From contig NC_057749.1 of NCBI RefSeq assembly GCF_004010195.1, forward strand, positions 24,418,334 to 24,482,333: a stretch of 64,000 nt of DNA, read 5' to 3'. The notes under the pieces are model-generated. The model had not been told where the DNA came from, did not search any database, and saw only the letters and a program-made list of their open reading frames with translations. Below are positions 35,709-47,204 of this stretch, piece by piece. Numbering within the stretch: the first letter of the stretch is position 1; each line of letters opens with the position of its first letter. The translations under genes were made by a program, and so were the position numbers. This DNA is from Chiloscyllium plagiosum. Its lineage: Eukaryota.

Positions 35709-36843
35709 ACTTCTGTCTTAAAATCTATCATCCCTGAATTTGCAGCTATGCTCCCTCGTACAAGCTGACGTCATCGTCCTCGCAAAAAGACTCTCTCTGT
35801 CCACCTTATCTAATCCTCTGATCATCTTGTATATCTCTATTAAATCCCTTCTTAGTCCTCCAATGAGAACAGATCAAAGTCCATCAGCCTTTTCTCATAA
35901 GACCTTTGCTCCAGACCAGGCAACATCCTGGTAAATCTCCTCTGCACCTTTTCCAATGCTTCCACATCCTTCCTGTAATGGGGCGACCAGAACTGTATGC
36001 AGTATTCCAAGTGAGGCTGCACTAGCGTTTTGTACAGTTGCAGCATGACATCATGGCTCCGGAATTCAATCCCTTTACCAGTTAAACCTAATACACCGTA
36101 TGCTTTCTTATCAACACCATCAACCTGGGTGGCACCTTCCAGGGATCTATGTACGTGGACACCAAGATCCCTCTGCTCATCCACACTACCAAGAATCTTT
36201 CCATTGGCCCAGTATTCTGCTTTCCTGTTATTCTTCCCAAAGTGAATCACCTCACATTTATCTGCATTGAACTCCATTTGCCACCTTTCAGCCCAGTAGG
36301 TTTAGGGTGAGGGGGAATTGATATAAAAGAGACCTACGGGCAACTTCTTCACGCAGAGGGTGGTACGTCTATGGAATGGACTGCTAGAGGAAGTGGTGGA
36401 CGCTGGTACAATTGCAAGATTTAAAAGGCATCTGGATGGGTATATGAATAGGAAGGGTTTGGAGGGATATGGGCCAGGTGCTGGCAGGTGGGACTAAATT
36501 GGGTTGGGATATCTGGTCGGCACGGATGATTTGGACTGAAGGGTCTGTTTCCGTGTTGTACATCTCTATCACCCAGAGACTCTAGTTATGATTAGTTTTG
36601 CTTTACTGTCATGCTGATGAATAAATGGGCATTGAAACTCAGCAGTGCATGATCAGTAATCTAAATAATTCGACTTTCACACATTCTTGTATAACAAGAG
36701 TTTCAGGGTGTTGTGGCACCAGTGGTAGTGTCGTTACCTCTGGGCCAGAAGGCCCAGTCGCAAGTCCCACCTGCTCCAGAGATATATCTATTAACATATC
36801 TATAAGACCAAAGTGCAGGCACTTAGAAGTATAAAATGTGATA

Positions 36844-37078
36844 AGATTAGATTAGATTCCCTACAGTGTGGAAACAGGCCCTTCAGCCCAACAAGTCCAC
36901 ACTTCTCCGGAGAGTATCCCACCCAGACCCATTTCCCTCTAATATGATGGGAGAAGGTGAGATCTGCAGAGGCTGGAGATCAGAGTCAAAAAGTGTGGTG
37001 CTGGAAAAGCACAACTGGTCAGGCAGCATCCAAGGAGCAGGAAAGTCAATATTTCGAGCCTAAGCTTTTCACCAGATG
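36844..37078 (-). mobile_element. HE1 tail fragment followed by a family A PLE pLTR fragment
   Basis: agattagattccctacagtgtggaaac... then gagaaggtgagatctgcagaggctggagatcagagtc... Confidence 0.7.
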
Positions 37079-37213
37079 ATGGCAGGAGTCTTTTGAGATT
37101 GTTCTTAGAATGATGAGCACTGTTTATGGATGGGTCTTGTAGCTCTGCATATCAACAGTTTGTACTTTGTCTATTTATAACATCTCATTACCTACACATT
37201 TCTCCATTTCCAG

Positions 37214-37309
37214 AATGAAAACAGTCCTCCAGGAAGCAGTGGGCAAGTTAAAATCACTGCAAAGAACCAGTCAAAGAGAAGCAGCTTCTTCCGATGTACA
37301 TTGCTTTGA
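37214..37309 (+). CDS. RAB8B: RAB8B terminal exon 8 CDS: NENSPPGSSGQVKITAKNQSKRSSFFRCTLL*
   Basis: Acceptor tccatttccag|. Hypervariable tail ending in the CaaX motif CTLL then TGA, like the VKIT...SFFRCSLL end of RAB8B. Confidence 0.95.
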   Translation, partial: NENSPPGSSGQVKITAKNQSKRSSFFRCTLL

Positions 37310-40085
37310 TGGACTTATTACTGACAGACTGCAGCAACCTTTTTTGCTTCTCTGAAAGCACAGTGTTGATCAACCTCTGAAATAAATTCCACCTTCTGCT
37401 GCCAAGAGCTCGCTGTCTTGCAGATGACCTATTGGTCTTGCTGAGTGGGCTGTGCAGGTACACACTCGAGTGTCTCTCTTCGACCGCCCCCTCCCTCCCT
37501 CCCTCCCTCCCTCCCCACCCCTCCCCACACATTGGCTCATGTTTTTCGTCGCAATGATGAGAATGGTAATTGCAAGATTGGAGACATAAGAATATTCTGT
37601 GTAGACTTTAACCTGAACTGTCTATCGCAAAAGCTGTTGCCAGTGTCTGGAACCATCCACAAATTATCTACGCCAAAAAACTATCCTGTTCCAAAAAGCT
37701 TTTACTGGTTGGTCATATGCTGTTCTGATTTTCTCGAACCAGAAGTATTTCCATTGTTGATCTCTTCTCCCACTTTACCCCTCTCCAGCCCCGTCCATTA
37801 CCCAAAATAAAAATTTGTATCGCCTCTTTTTTTTTTCATTTTGAGTAGCAGAGTTTGGTATAACTTCATAAACGTTAGCAGAAAATTACTGTTATATGTG
37901 GCAGCACATGTGGTCCTGGGCTGGTGGAACCTCTATAGTTAGTATTTGTTTCTCGAGTGCCCTGAAGTAAAACCTGGTGAGTTGAATTTTTTTCAGTGAA
38001 ACTTCCCCTTTTATGATTGGTTGTGCCATCCATCCGAGAATGAATGAACAGCTCCCAGCCAATAAGCAGAAATGCTACAGTGGGACCCATGCCTTTCAGC
38101 CCATGTGGGGGATGTTAGTCAACCCACCACCAGTTTTATGGTCTGTATTCTCTCTGCCATCTGCCTCTCCCTGTGAGCACCCCTCCACCTTGGCTGAAGT
38201 ATATGTGTGATAAGGTGGTGCGAAGCAGGTTAGGATTTGGTGTGCTGCTCCTTGTGGTTACCTAGCCTGGTTGGTTGTTCAGGGCTCTCACATCTGCATG
38301 GCCACGACAGTCATAGAACACAGAATGTTGATATTGTAGCAGTGAGTTCAGAGGCAGAGCAATGGAAAAACTGGCGTAACTCACAAGGGAATATCCCTTC
38401 AAACTACACGAAAGTAAATTTGAATGAAATGTGTGATTGGTTTCAAGTATTGACTGAATGTAAATTTTCACTGGCTCTGCCAGACTGTGCTTTGATTCCT
38501 GTCTGCCCCACTCCCTCTTTGGAACTACAATCAAATGACGGCACCGTCTCTGCCTCTCCATATCCCTCTGCAGCACTTTCAAAGCCCAACCTACCCACTG
38601 ATGCCCATACATACTTCATTGACAGCCCCTCTGTTTTTTGCACTTTTACTATTAACTGCCTCCTGCTACTGGACACGGACTGCCTCTGGCTCCCTTCTGA
38701 TGTGAACAAACTATACGCTCAGAAAAAAGTGACTTTCTCTCTCAGCGCCAAGATCTGTGTGCACTAACTGCTGAAGCATTAGAGTGATCACTCTTCCTTT
38801 CAAACCGTAGCTTTTACGCATTGTGTGGTAGCAGAGTGTCTGTGACATGCTTTTTACATCTGACAAACTTCAGTAGCATGCTTTGGATCATCTACAGTTT
38901 CAAAGTGTGTTTAACAACATTGAACTAATTCCTTAATTTAATTGTTTTACATAAACTGGCTACAGACAAGAACACATGTCAACTTTCAGTTGCATCTCAG
39001 GTGTCTTCGAAGTTGTAACTTCATTTGACTTGTCCGTGACTATTTACTTGCAATTGCCTTGCTTTAAGAATGTGTACACTTGTATATGCCCAACTCTGAG
39101 TACAACTTTCTCCAGCCTGTGATGACTAAATCAGATGTGCTTCTTAACCCAGCAGTACGCTGGAGTGTATGCTCTGATGTATAAAATGTTTGCTATTTTC
39201 TTAAATGTAGCTATGCTAGATTGTAAATACATCGCGGAAGGCCGTAGGAAGTTCACTTTCCGCATGGCAAGAGTGAGGTTTCTAAAAGAAACGTTTTGCA
39301 TTGGTAATAAATGCTTTCTTATTGTGAACTTAATTCACAACACTGTAACAGTAAGACTGCAAAACTGGGGGTTGGCTTGCAGTACAGATACTAATTATTG
39401 TGAAGAAAGACAATTTCCTGTGGATTTTACTGAATAACTTTATTTCATGAAATGATCATTGTGTATGGTTTACAAGAGACTCAACTATAGATGAAAATGC
39501 ATACATGCAGCAGTATTACTGTTTCCAGGGCTGCACTTTATTATTAATTCTTAATAAATTACTTCAGTGTTTATTTTTAATCTAGGTCCTGTGGAATGCA
39601 GTGTGGCATAAGTGAGTTTATGGTAACTCAGCACATAAGTTTGTGTCCATGATGGTATCATGTTGCATAAAACCTGTCCACTTCACTTCTAGACAGAAAT
39701 AACAATAGCATTTTTCTACGGCCTTACCAATAGATTGTTGAAGACACTTAACAGGGACCATTGTTATTTTAGTCCATTGTTTTACATAAGCTAAATTCCA
39801 TGCACTCCCTCTTTCTTTTGCCCCATTATAAAAAGAAGCCGCTTTAGAAATTTTTTTTTTTTAAAACTATAAGCATCTGGAAGCATATTTGCAAGTCCCT
39901 GCCAGTATTGAAAGATCTTGCATCTAAATGAATGGGATGGGTTCCTATGACAAGTGTTTTAACATTTGAATTGGATTAATTCACGTGTACTGATGTTCTG
40001 TTAAGTAAACTTGATGGGTTTTATTATTCTGTGTGGACTTTTTTATAATGAGTCTGAAATAAAGATTAAATGGCAAAACGAGCAC
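37310..40085 (+). other. RAB8B: Putative RAB8B 3' UTR (longest form)
   Basis: Follows the stop codon and has no recognisable interspersed repeats. Ends near AATAAA (40058-40063) plus ATTAAA (40065-40070) with GT-rich sequence downstream. The end position is inferred. Confidence 0.6.
40058..40070 (+). terminator. Tandem polyadenylation signals AATAAA/ATTAAA
   Basis: gaaataaagattaaa at the end of the repeat-free block. Other AATAAA hexamers at 37381, 37806 and 39553. Confidence 0.55.
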
Positions 40086-40779
40086 CGTGGTCTTCAGTTG
40101 ACAGTAATGTTATGTTTCGAATGTTGCATTCAGGGACAATGGCTTCAGTAAATTCCCATGGTTCGCATTGCCTGATCTCTTAAATTCACTTATACTGCAA
40201 ATCATTACCCGCATTGATTCACTTGTTGTGGGTCAAAAATGATTGATTGTCCGTGACTTTCAGGAGAAAGTTGGATGAAAACTACAAGAAGATGTCAAAA
40301 AATGGAAAAGCACCTGAACAGATGTTTGATACAGGAAGGAAGATGTCCACAGCATCTGTGTTCCACGTACTAGCAACTGCGGTCTGGCTGTGTGTCATCT
40401 GCTTTGTTGTTGGTTGAAGTACTGCACATCGGTGTACTTTGTTAGAGTTATCACATTCTGCTGGAGTCCCTTTTAAGGCGAGTGTGATATGTCAGAGATG
40501 CCAGTTCAAATTCCAGCAGAACAGCGGGCGGGGTTTAAATAAGTTGATAAAGTCTGGAATATATCCGTGGCTTCGCTTGTCCCCAGGTGTCTTTGGCGAT
40601 GGAGCACACCATGCCCATCAATACTCTCGATGCCTTTAAAGAGAGGTGGGTTCTGCAGGGGATAAGAGTGCTTTATCTCTCCTTCCAGCTCCACTTTGAT
40701 CGATCTTTGCATATAAATTAGTCAATTGGAAAACATGGGCTTTTTACTGGTGGTAGTTAATAGTGGGGGGAAGAAATGC

Positions 40780-41240
40780 CACGGAAGATTTGGTAATGGT
40801 GAATAAAACAGCATTTGGCTGTGTGTAAGAACACTTATTGATGTAGAACGAAAAAAATTCTGAAATGTAAAGCTAGTCTCCATAATGGTGACCATGAGAT
40901 TGTCGTCCATTGTTATAACAGTCCCTCTGGTTCACTAATGCCTTTCTTTGGGATGGAAGTGTGTTGCTCTTGCCTGGTATTGCCTACTTATGACTTCAGA
41001 ATCACAGCAACTGCATCAAGTGATGGACTCTTCTATTGAGGCTAAAGAAAGTGAAAGTTTCACCCTTAGCCCAACTGTCACTGTGAGAAAGGAACTGGGA
41101 GAGTGGAATGGGATCTTTACCAGGATGTGAGGAAGTACAGTCAAGATAGTTGTGTGAGTCAGTTGGCCTGTAATGAATGCTATTTGGATAGCGTATCAGT
41201 GGGAATGGAGACATCAAAGGAGGAAGAGTTGACAATGTTC
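40780..41240. mobile_element. Old Deu-SINE (+) and PLE RT fragment (-)
   Basis: ctggttcactaatgcc...tgactt; minus-strand ORF SIHYRPTDSHNYLDCTSSHP. Confidence 0.55.
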
Positions 41241-41281
41241 TCTGCTTCCAACATTCACCCTTCTCAGTTTCACAAAATTGA

Positions 41282-41545
41282 TCGTAGAATCATAGAGTGG
41301 AAGCAGGCCATTCAGCCCATGAAGTCCACACTGAACCCCTGAAGAGCAGCCCACTACCCTATCCCTGTTACCCTGTATTTCCCAATCCACCCTAACCTGC
41401 ACATCTTTGGTCTATGGGAGGAAACCGGAGCACCCGGAGGAAACCCACACAGACACGGGGAGAATATGCAAACTCCACACAGAAGCCTGGGGATGGAATT
41501 GAACTGGTGCTGTGAGACAGCACTGCTACCCACTGAACCAGCACA
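41282..41545 (-). mobile_element. HE1-type V-SINE
   Basis: V-domain gggaggaaaccggagcacccggaggaaacccac. Confidence 0.85.
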
Positions 41546-42656
41546 CTGCCCTCTGCTGTTTTTCAATTTGAGGGAACGGCCCGCCACAGCATCGTCAAAT
41601 CCTCAATGTATTGGAAAAAGAGTTGAGGGGGGCACAAGTCAGATTGGAACAAGAAATAGTTGACATGCTCCAAAAGGACAGGCGTATTGAGCACTCACGC
41701 CAGTACTCTGAGCAGCACCTTCTAGGAGGAAGTGCAGTATGTTAGAGGAGAATTGAGGCAAGAAATTCAGCCAGGTGGAAGAGGTCAGTGGTGGATGGCA
41801 ATTGTTTGTTTCTTCAAGGAAGAAGCAGAGAACGCTCATGCCTTCAGGTTTGCAGTGTGATCCATGCGACACTCAGATGTCCATGGCAAAGAGAAGACCA
41901 GAAGATTAGTAACCTTTGAAGTAACAGAGGGCAGCAGAAGTGCATGGATGTCGGTAGAGAGAGTTGGACAAGAAGAAATCAAACTCTAAGCAAGAAGACA
42001 TTAGTGCAGTGGGGCAGGAACAAACTGAAATGTGAGATCTACCAGAACAGTCCTGCTTTGGATCATAGGAAGGAGGCATAAGTTTTGAATATGAAAAGCC
42101 ATGGAGTGAAAATCACCTAGAGAAGGTTAGGTCACAACAGTCTGATGGTGGAGGTCATGATCAAAAACTTGGTGGGAGATCAAAAACTTGGAATTCAGGC
42201 TGTGCTCCCAGAACCCTCCCTCCGAAACCACAGTGGTGTTTCCCTTGTCCTCCACCTGCATCCCATCAGCCTTTATATTCGATGGAACATTTTCTACCAT
42301 TTTGTCTACTCCAAGCATGATGCCTTCAAAATGTATCTCCCCCTATCCCCTCTGCTTTAAACATTCTCAGTGGAGACCCTCACCGATCCCTTGGTCCATT
42401 CCTCAGTCACCCTTAACAGCCTGAACTCTCCTGTCAGCACATTTTGGTTCAAATCCTTGCCCCTTTAACTACTGTCCCTTCGTTATCTAAGGTGTGCCGG
42501 CACTAACGCTGATACAGGATCTAAAAGCAGATTTAAGTGAATAATTTGCATCCGTCTTCACCAAGGAAGATGCTGGGGCATGGTTTGTGATGAATAGAGA
42601 AGAAAATTTAGCCACTTGAAAGGTGTAAAGTTTATATAGAGGATGGTATTGGATAG

Positions 42657-42827
42657 AAGCGAATTACTGCGGATGCTGGAATCTCAAACCAAAAGAGAAA
42701 ATGGAAACTCTCAGCAGGTCTGGCAGCATCTGTAAGGAGAGAAAAGAGCTGACGTTTCGAGTCTAACTGACCCTTTGTCAAAGCGAGCTTTGTCAGACCT
42801 GCTGAGATTTTCCAGCATTTTCTCTTG
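42657..42827. mobile_element. Fold-back PLE pLTR insertion, family B-like
   Basis: Inverted ctcagcaggtctg / cagacctgctgag; TSD tggtattg(g/a)atag at 42644-42656 and 42828-42840. Confidence 0.7.
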
Positions 42828-42984
42828 TGGTATTGAATAGGCTGTACCCAAGGTTAGTAAGTCATTGGGTCTTTTCGAGGTTCATCCAAGGACAAAGGCA
42901 GAAGCACTGGCCAGAGTTTTCCAGTCTTCCTTACATTGGGTTGGGTGGGCAGAGGGGTGGTGCCGGAGGTCTGGAGAATTGCAG

Positions 42985-43230
42985 ATCACAGAATCCCTAG
43001 AGTGTGGAAGTAGGCCTTTAGGCCCAAGAGATCCACACTGACCCTCGGAGCATCCCACCCAGGCCAATCCACCAAACCTGTATATTTGTGAACTGTGGGA
43101 GGTAACCAGCACATCTGGAGAAAACCCACGCAGACACGGGGAGAATGTGCAAACTCCACACAGTCGCCTGAGGCTGGAATCGAACGTGGGTCCCTCGTTC
43201 TGTGAGGCAGCAGTGCTAGCCACTGTGCCA
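42985..43230 (-). mobile_element. HE1-type V-SINE
   Basis: Head, V-domain and tail recognisable. Confidence 0.85.
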
Positions 43231-43509
43231 ACCCATGTTTATACCCTTTATTCAAAAGGGTAAGCGCAGAGACCATAGGCTAATCAGCTTAACTTTTAGG
43301 AGGCTTCTAGCAACAATAATTAGACACAGTCAGTAGTCACTTAAAAAAAAAGTTAAGGAAAGCCTGTGTAAATTTGTTACAAATAGATTGTGCATCTTAA
43401 AGACTTTAAAGAGGTGAAAGAAACAGTGGATGGTTTTGCAAAAGGTACCAGCCAACGGATTTGTGAGCGAGATTAGAGCCGGGGGAATGATGGAGACAGT
43501 ATCCATGTG

Positions 43510-44730
43510 GTTAGGCATCATAGCAGGATTGGACACAGTCAGTACGGACTTATGAAGCGGAAATTATGCTTGACAAATCTACTAGAACTCTTTGAGGATG
43601 CAACTAGTAGAGTTGATGTAGGAGAACTAGTGGATATGGTTCATTTGGATTTTCAGACTACATCACCGTCCCACATACAAAGATTAGGTGAAGGTTGAGG
43701 TGGATAGAAATCAGGTTTGCAGACGGGAAACCAAGTAGAATAAATGGGTCTTCTGAGTGGCAGCCAGTGACGAGGGGGTTAGTGGCAGGACCACCAATCA
43801 CACTATAAATAAATATGAATGATTTGGATAAGGAAGTGAAATAATATCTCTGTTTATAGCTGATAACAGGTGGGAGGGTGAGCTGTGAGGAGGATGTAGA
43901 GATGTTTCAGTGTAGTTTAGAAATGTTGAGTAAGTGGACAAACAAATGGCAAATGCAGGATAATGTGGATAAATGTAAAGTTATCCACCTTGGATTGTCT
44001 GAATTGAGAGAGGGAATGTGCAACAAAATGTGGGTGTCCTCTCAAACCAGTTGCTGAAGGTAGGCTTGTAGGTGAAGAAGGGGAACGATGGGTTGGCCTT
44101 CACAGCAAGAGAATTTGAGTACAAGAGCAGGGGTGTCATACTACAATTATACAGGACTTTGGTGAGACCACACCTGGAGTATTATGTGCAGATTTGGTCT
44201 CCTTATCTGAGGAAGGATGTTTTGGAGATGGAGTACAGTGAAGATCTGTAAGGCCGATACCTGTGGTGATAGGACTAACGCTGAGGAGAGGTCGAATTGG
44301 CTAGGATTACATTTGCTGGAATTTAGAAGAATGGGAGTAGAGGAGAGAGGAATCTTGTAGAAACTTGTAAAATTCTAACAGGACTGGATGGGGTAGGTGA
44401 AGGAAGGATGCTTCTTATGGTGGGCAGTCGTAAACCAGGCGTCATAGTTTAAGGATACGACAAAGTTATTTAGTGCTGAGATTAGGAGAAATGTCTTCAC
44501 CCAGAGAATGGCGAGCCAATGAAATTCACTGCCACAGAAAGATGTCTAGGCCAAAGCATTGTTTAATTTCAGGAAGGAGTTGGATATAGCACTTGGGCTA
44601 AAGGGATCAAAGGATAATGGTGTGGATAGCAGGAACTGGGTACAGAGTTAGATGATCAGCAAGATCCTATTGAATGGATCACACTCAAAGGGCTGAATGG
44701 CCTACACCACCTATTTTATGTTTTTATATG
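43510..44730 (+). mobile_element. Old CR1 LINE RT-to-tail fragment, inside a larger fragmented CR1 (~42490-46260)
   Basis: SQYGLMKRKLCLTNLLELFED...VDMVHLDFQ; ggtgagaccacacctggagta. Confidence 0.8.
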
Positions 44731-45176
44731 AAATTGTCAAGTGGTAGAAAATAGAATTGAGTAGCAGCTGCCTTTCCCTCTGGGAAGGTTTGTGATGGAG
44801 TTCCTCAGAGGTTAATGTTGCTTTTCTTACTGATCTATGTTAGTGACCTGAATGTGTATACAGCACAATGTCAAAATTTACCAATGATACAGAAGTTGGA
44901 AACGTGAGCTATGAGGGGATAGTGTAAATCTGCAAAAGGACACAGACAATAGGCATACAAGTGGAAGATGTATTTTAATGCAGAGAAAAGTGACACAATA
45001 TAGTTTGGTAAGAAGAATACAGTGACAATATGAAGCAAAATCTCAAGCAGGTATTTACAGCAAGGGCTGGATATATATCTGCCTGAACTATTGAAGGTGG
45101 CAGGACAGATAGAGATAGCAGCTAGAAAAAGTGCACGGTATTATAGATGTTATTAACGGGTAAAAAGTACAAAAGG

Positions 45177-45361
45177 GAAAGTGAGGACTGCAGATGCTGG
45201 AGATCAGAATCGAAATGTGTGGCGCTGGAAAGGCACAGCCGGTCAGGCAACATCCGAGGAGCAGGTGAGTTGACGTTTCGGGCATCAGCTCTTCTTAGGG
45301 AAGAGCATCTCCTCGGATGCTGCCTGACCGGCTGTGCTTTTCCAGCACCACACTTTTCGAC
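45177..45361. mobile_element. Fold-back PLE pLTR insertion, family A
   Basis: Inverted arms; TSD tacaaaagg at 45168-45176 and 45362-45370. Confidence 0.8.
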
Positions 45362-45378
45362 TACAAAAGGACAAAAGG

Positions 45379-45630
45379 CCTCAGGCAACTGTCTGTGTGG
45401 AGTTTGCACATTCTCCCCGTGTCTGCGTGGGTTTCCTCCGGGTGCTCCAGTTTCCACCCACAGTCTGAAGATGTGCAGGTCAGGTACATTGGCCATACTA
45501 ACTTGCCTGTAGTGTTAGGTGAAGGGGTAAATGTAGGGGAATGGGTCTGGGTGGGTTGCTCTTCGGAGGGTTGGTGTGGACTCGTTGAGCCGAAGGGCCT
45601 GTTTCCACACTAAGTAATCTAATCTAATCT
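45379..45630 (+). mobile_element. 5'-truncated HE1 SINE
   Basis: V-domain and tail taatctaatctaatc. Confidence 0.88.
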
Positions 45631-45927
45631 TAAAAAAAAAAAAGCAAGAAGGTTTTGTTAAACTTAGATAAACCACTAATTGGGCCTCAATTAGAGGATC
45701 GAGTCAAAATCTGGGCACCACACTTTAGCAAAGAGGAGAAGGCAGAAAAGATTCACGTGAATGCTTCAAGAGCTGAGGAACTTCCATTACTTGGACAGTT
45801 TGGAGAATTTGTTTCTTGGAGAAGTGATGATTACAAGGAGGTTGCGGAGGTGCTTAAAGTCATGAGCCTTGGCAGAGCAGACTAGAGAAATGTTTCCCAT
45901 TGTTGGATAGATTGAGAGCAAGAGGCA

Positions 45928-46084
45928 GAAGTGGGTACTGCAGATGCTGGAGATTAGAGTCAAGATTAGAGTGGTGCTGGAAAAGCATTTCCTGATGAAG
46001 GGCTTTTGCTTGAAACGTCGATTTTCCTGCTCCTCAGATGGTGCCTGACCTGCTGTGCTTTTCCAGCACCACTTTAATCTTGAC
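45928..46084. mobile_element. Fold-back PLE pLTR insertion, family A, with hammerhead-like core
   Basis: agtcaagattagagtggtgctggaaaagca / tgcttttccagcaccactttaatcttgact; core cctgatgaagggcttttgcttgaaacgtc. Confidence 0.75.
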
Positions 46085-46727
46085 TGAAAACAAGGGGGCA
46101 CAGAGTGAAGGTTATTGACAGCAGAAGCGACGGAGACTCTAGAACTTTTTCGATACAGTAAGATCTGGAATGTAGTGCCTCAGAATGTGGTGGGGGCAGG
46201 TTCAATGCAGAAATTCAAGAGGGCATTCGATTATTAATTGCAAGGACAGAATTGTTAAAACTTGTTCCTTATGACTTGTGGTCCTTTCTAGAGTCCTCCC
46301 TCTGGTACACGTCTGGTAGCCTTAAGTGAACAGAACACAATTACAATTTGCAATGCACTAGTAAAAGTATACTGCTGTCTGAAAGCAAAACCAAAAGGAA
46401 AGATAGAAGATAAAAATGAAAACAGTGCCACAGGGGGAGAGGGTTGGGAGAGGGAAGGTGCTGGCACTGGCGAACATGTTTATTTGGCTCACCTATGCTA
46501 ATTCCTCTGAGATCTCTAAATCTCCTAAACACACATTCCACGTAAAACAGCAATTTGCATGTGTTTCTTCCAAAGTAATCTATTTTATTCACTGCTGACA
46601 ATGTGGACCTCTAATTTACTACATTGGTGCCTGGAGCTTGCACCCTATTTTACGAGGAACGTTTGGTCAGACGGAGCTTGTTTCCGCTGGGGTTTAGAAG
46701 ATTGAGGGCTGACTTAATCAAAGTATA

Positions 46728-46834
46728 GTCGAGAATCTGGTGCTGGAAGCACCACATCTGAGGATGCTGCCTGACCTGCTGTGCTTTTCCAGCACCACAC
46801 TCTCAACTCTAACCTGCAACCTCACTTTCACCTT
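46728..46834. mobile_element. Short fold-back PLE pLTR insertion in an old CR1 tail
   Basis: TSD aaagtata at 46720-46727 and 46835-46842. Confidence 0.65.
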
Positions 46835-47204
46835 AAAGTATACAATATCTTGAATGGTTTTGACAAGCTGAATGTAGAAAGGATGTTTCCTTTGGCTGAG
46901 TCCTGAAGCAGGGGAGATGCGGTATAAAAGTTAAGGGACTCCCTGTTAGGTAAGAAGTCAGAAATGTTTTTCTCAGTTGTGCGACTGAGAATGTAGTGAA
47001 GGTGTGGAGGTAGATTCAGGTTAGTTAGGCAGTGAGATCGAAGATTGTCAGTGATCGGTGACTACGTGGAATTCAAACACAAACCAATCAGCCTTGATCG
47101 TACTGAAAGGTGGAGCAAGGTTGGGGAGGGGACGGGTGGTGGTAGTTGATCAGTTTTTGTTCCTAATTGTATCTTTGTAATGGGGCTTACTGAACAAAAG
47201 CAGA

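Larger units (their letters stand above)
34545..36570 (+). mobile_element. HER1/CR1 LINE (+; 34545-35140 and 36297-36570) split by a second CR1 LINE (-; ~35141-36296)
   Basis: Outer copy KIGSIVDSEEG...YCVQFWSP breaks at agagggcata and resumes taggtttagggtgag. Inner minus copy encodes MEFNADKCEVIHFG...YCIQFWSPHY. Confidence 0.88.

Noticed and set aside
20656..37309. RAB8A, RAB10 or RAB13 identity
   Set aside because: [46 protein letters not shown] and SFFRCxLL all fit RAB8B better.
38237..38767. 176 aa ORF after the RAB8B stop
   Set aside because: Non-ATG start, no recognisable domain, and it lies in the presumed 3' UTR.
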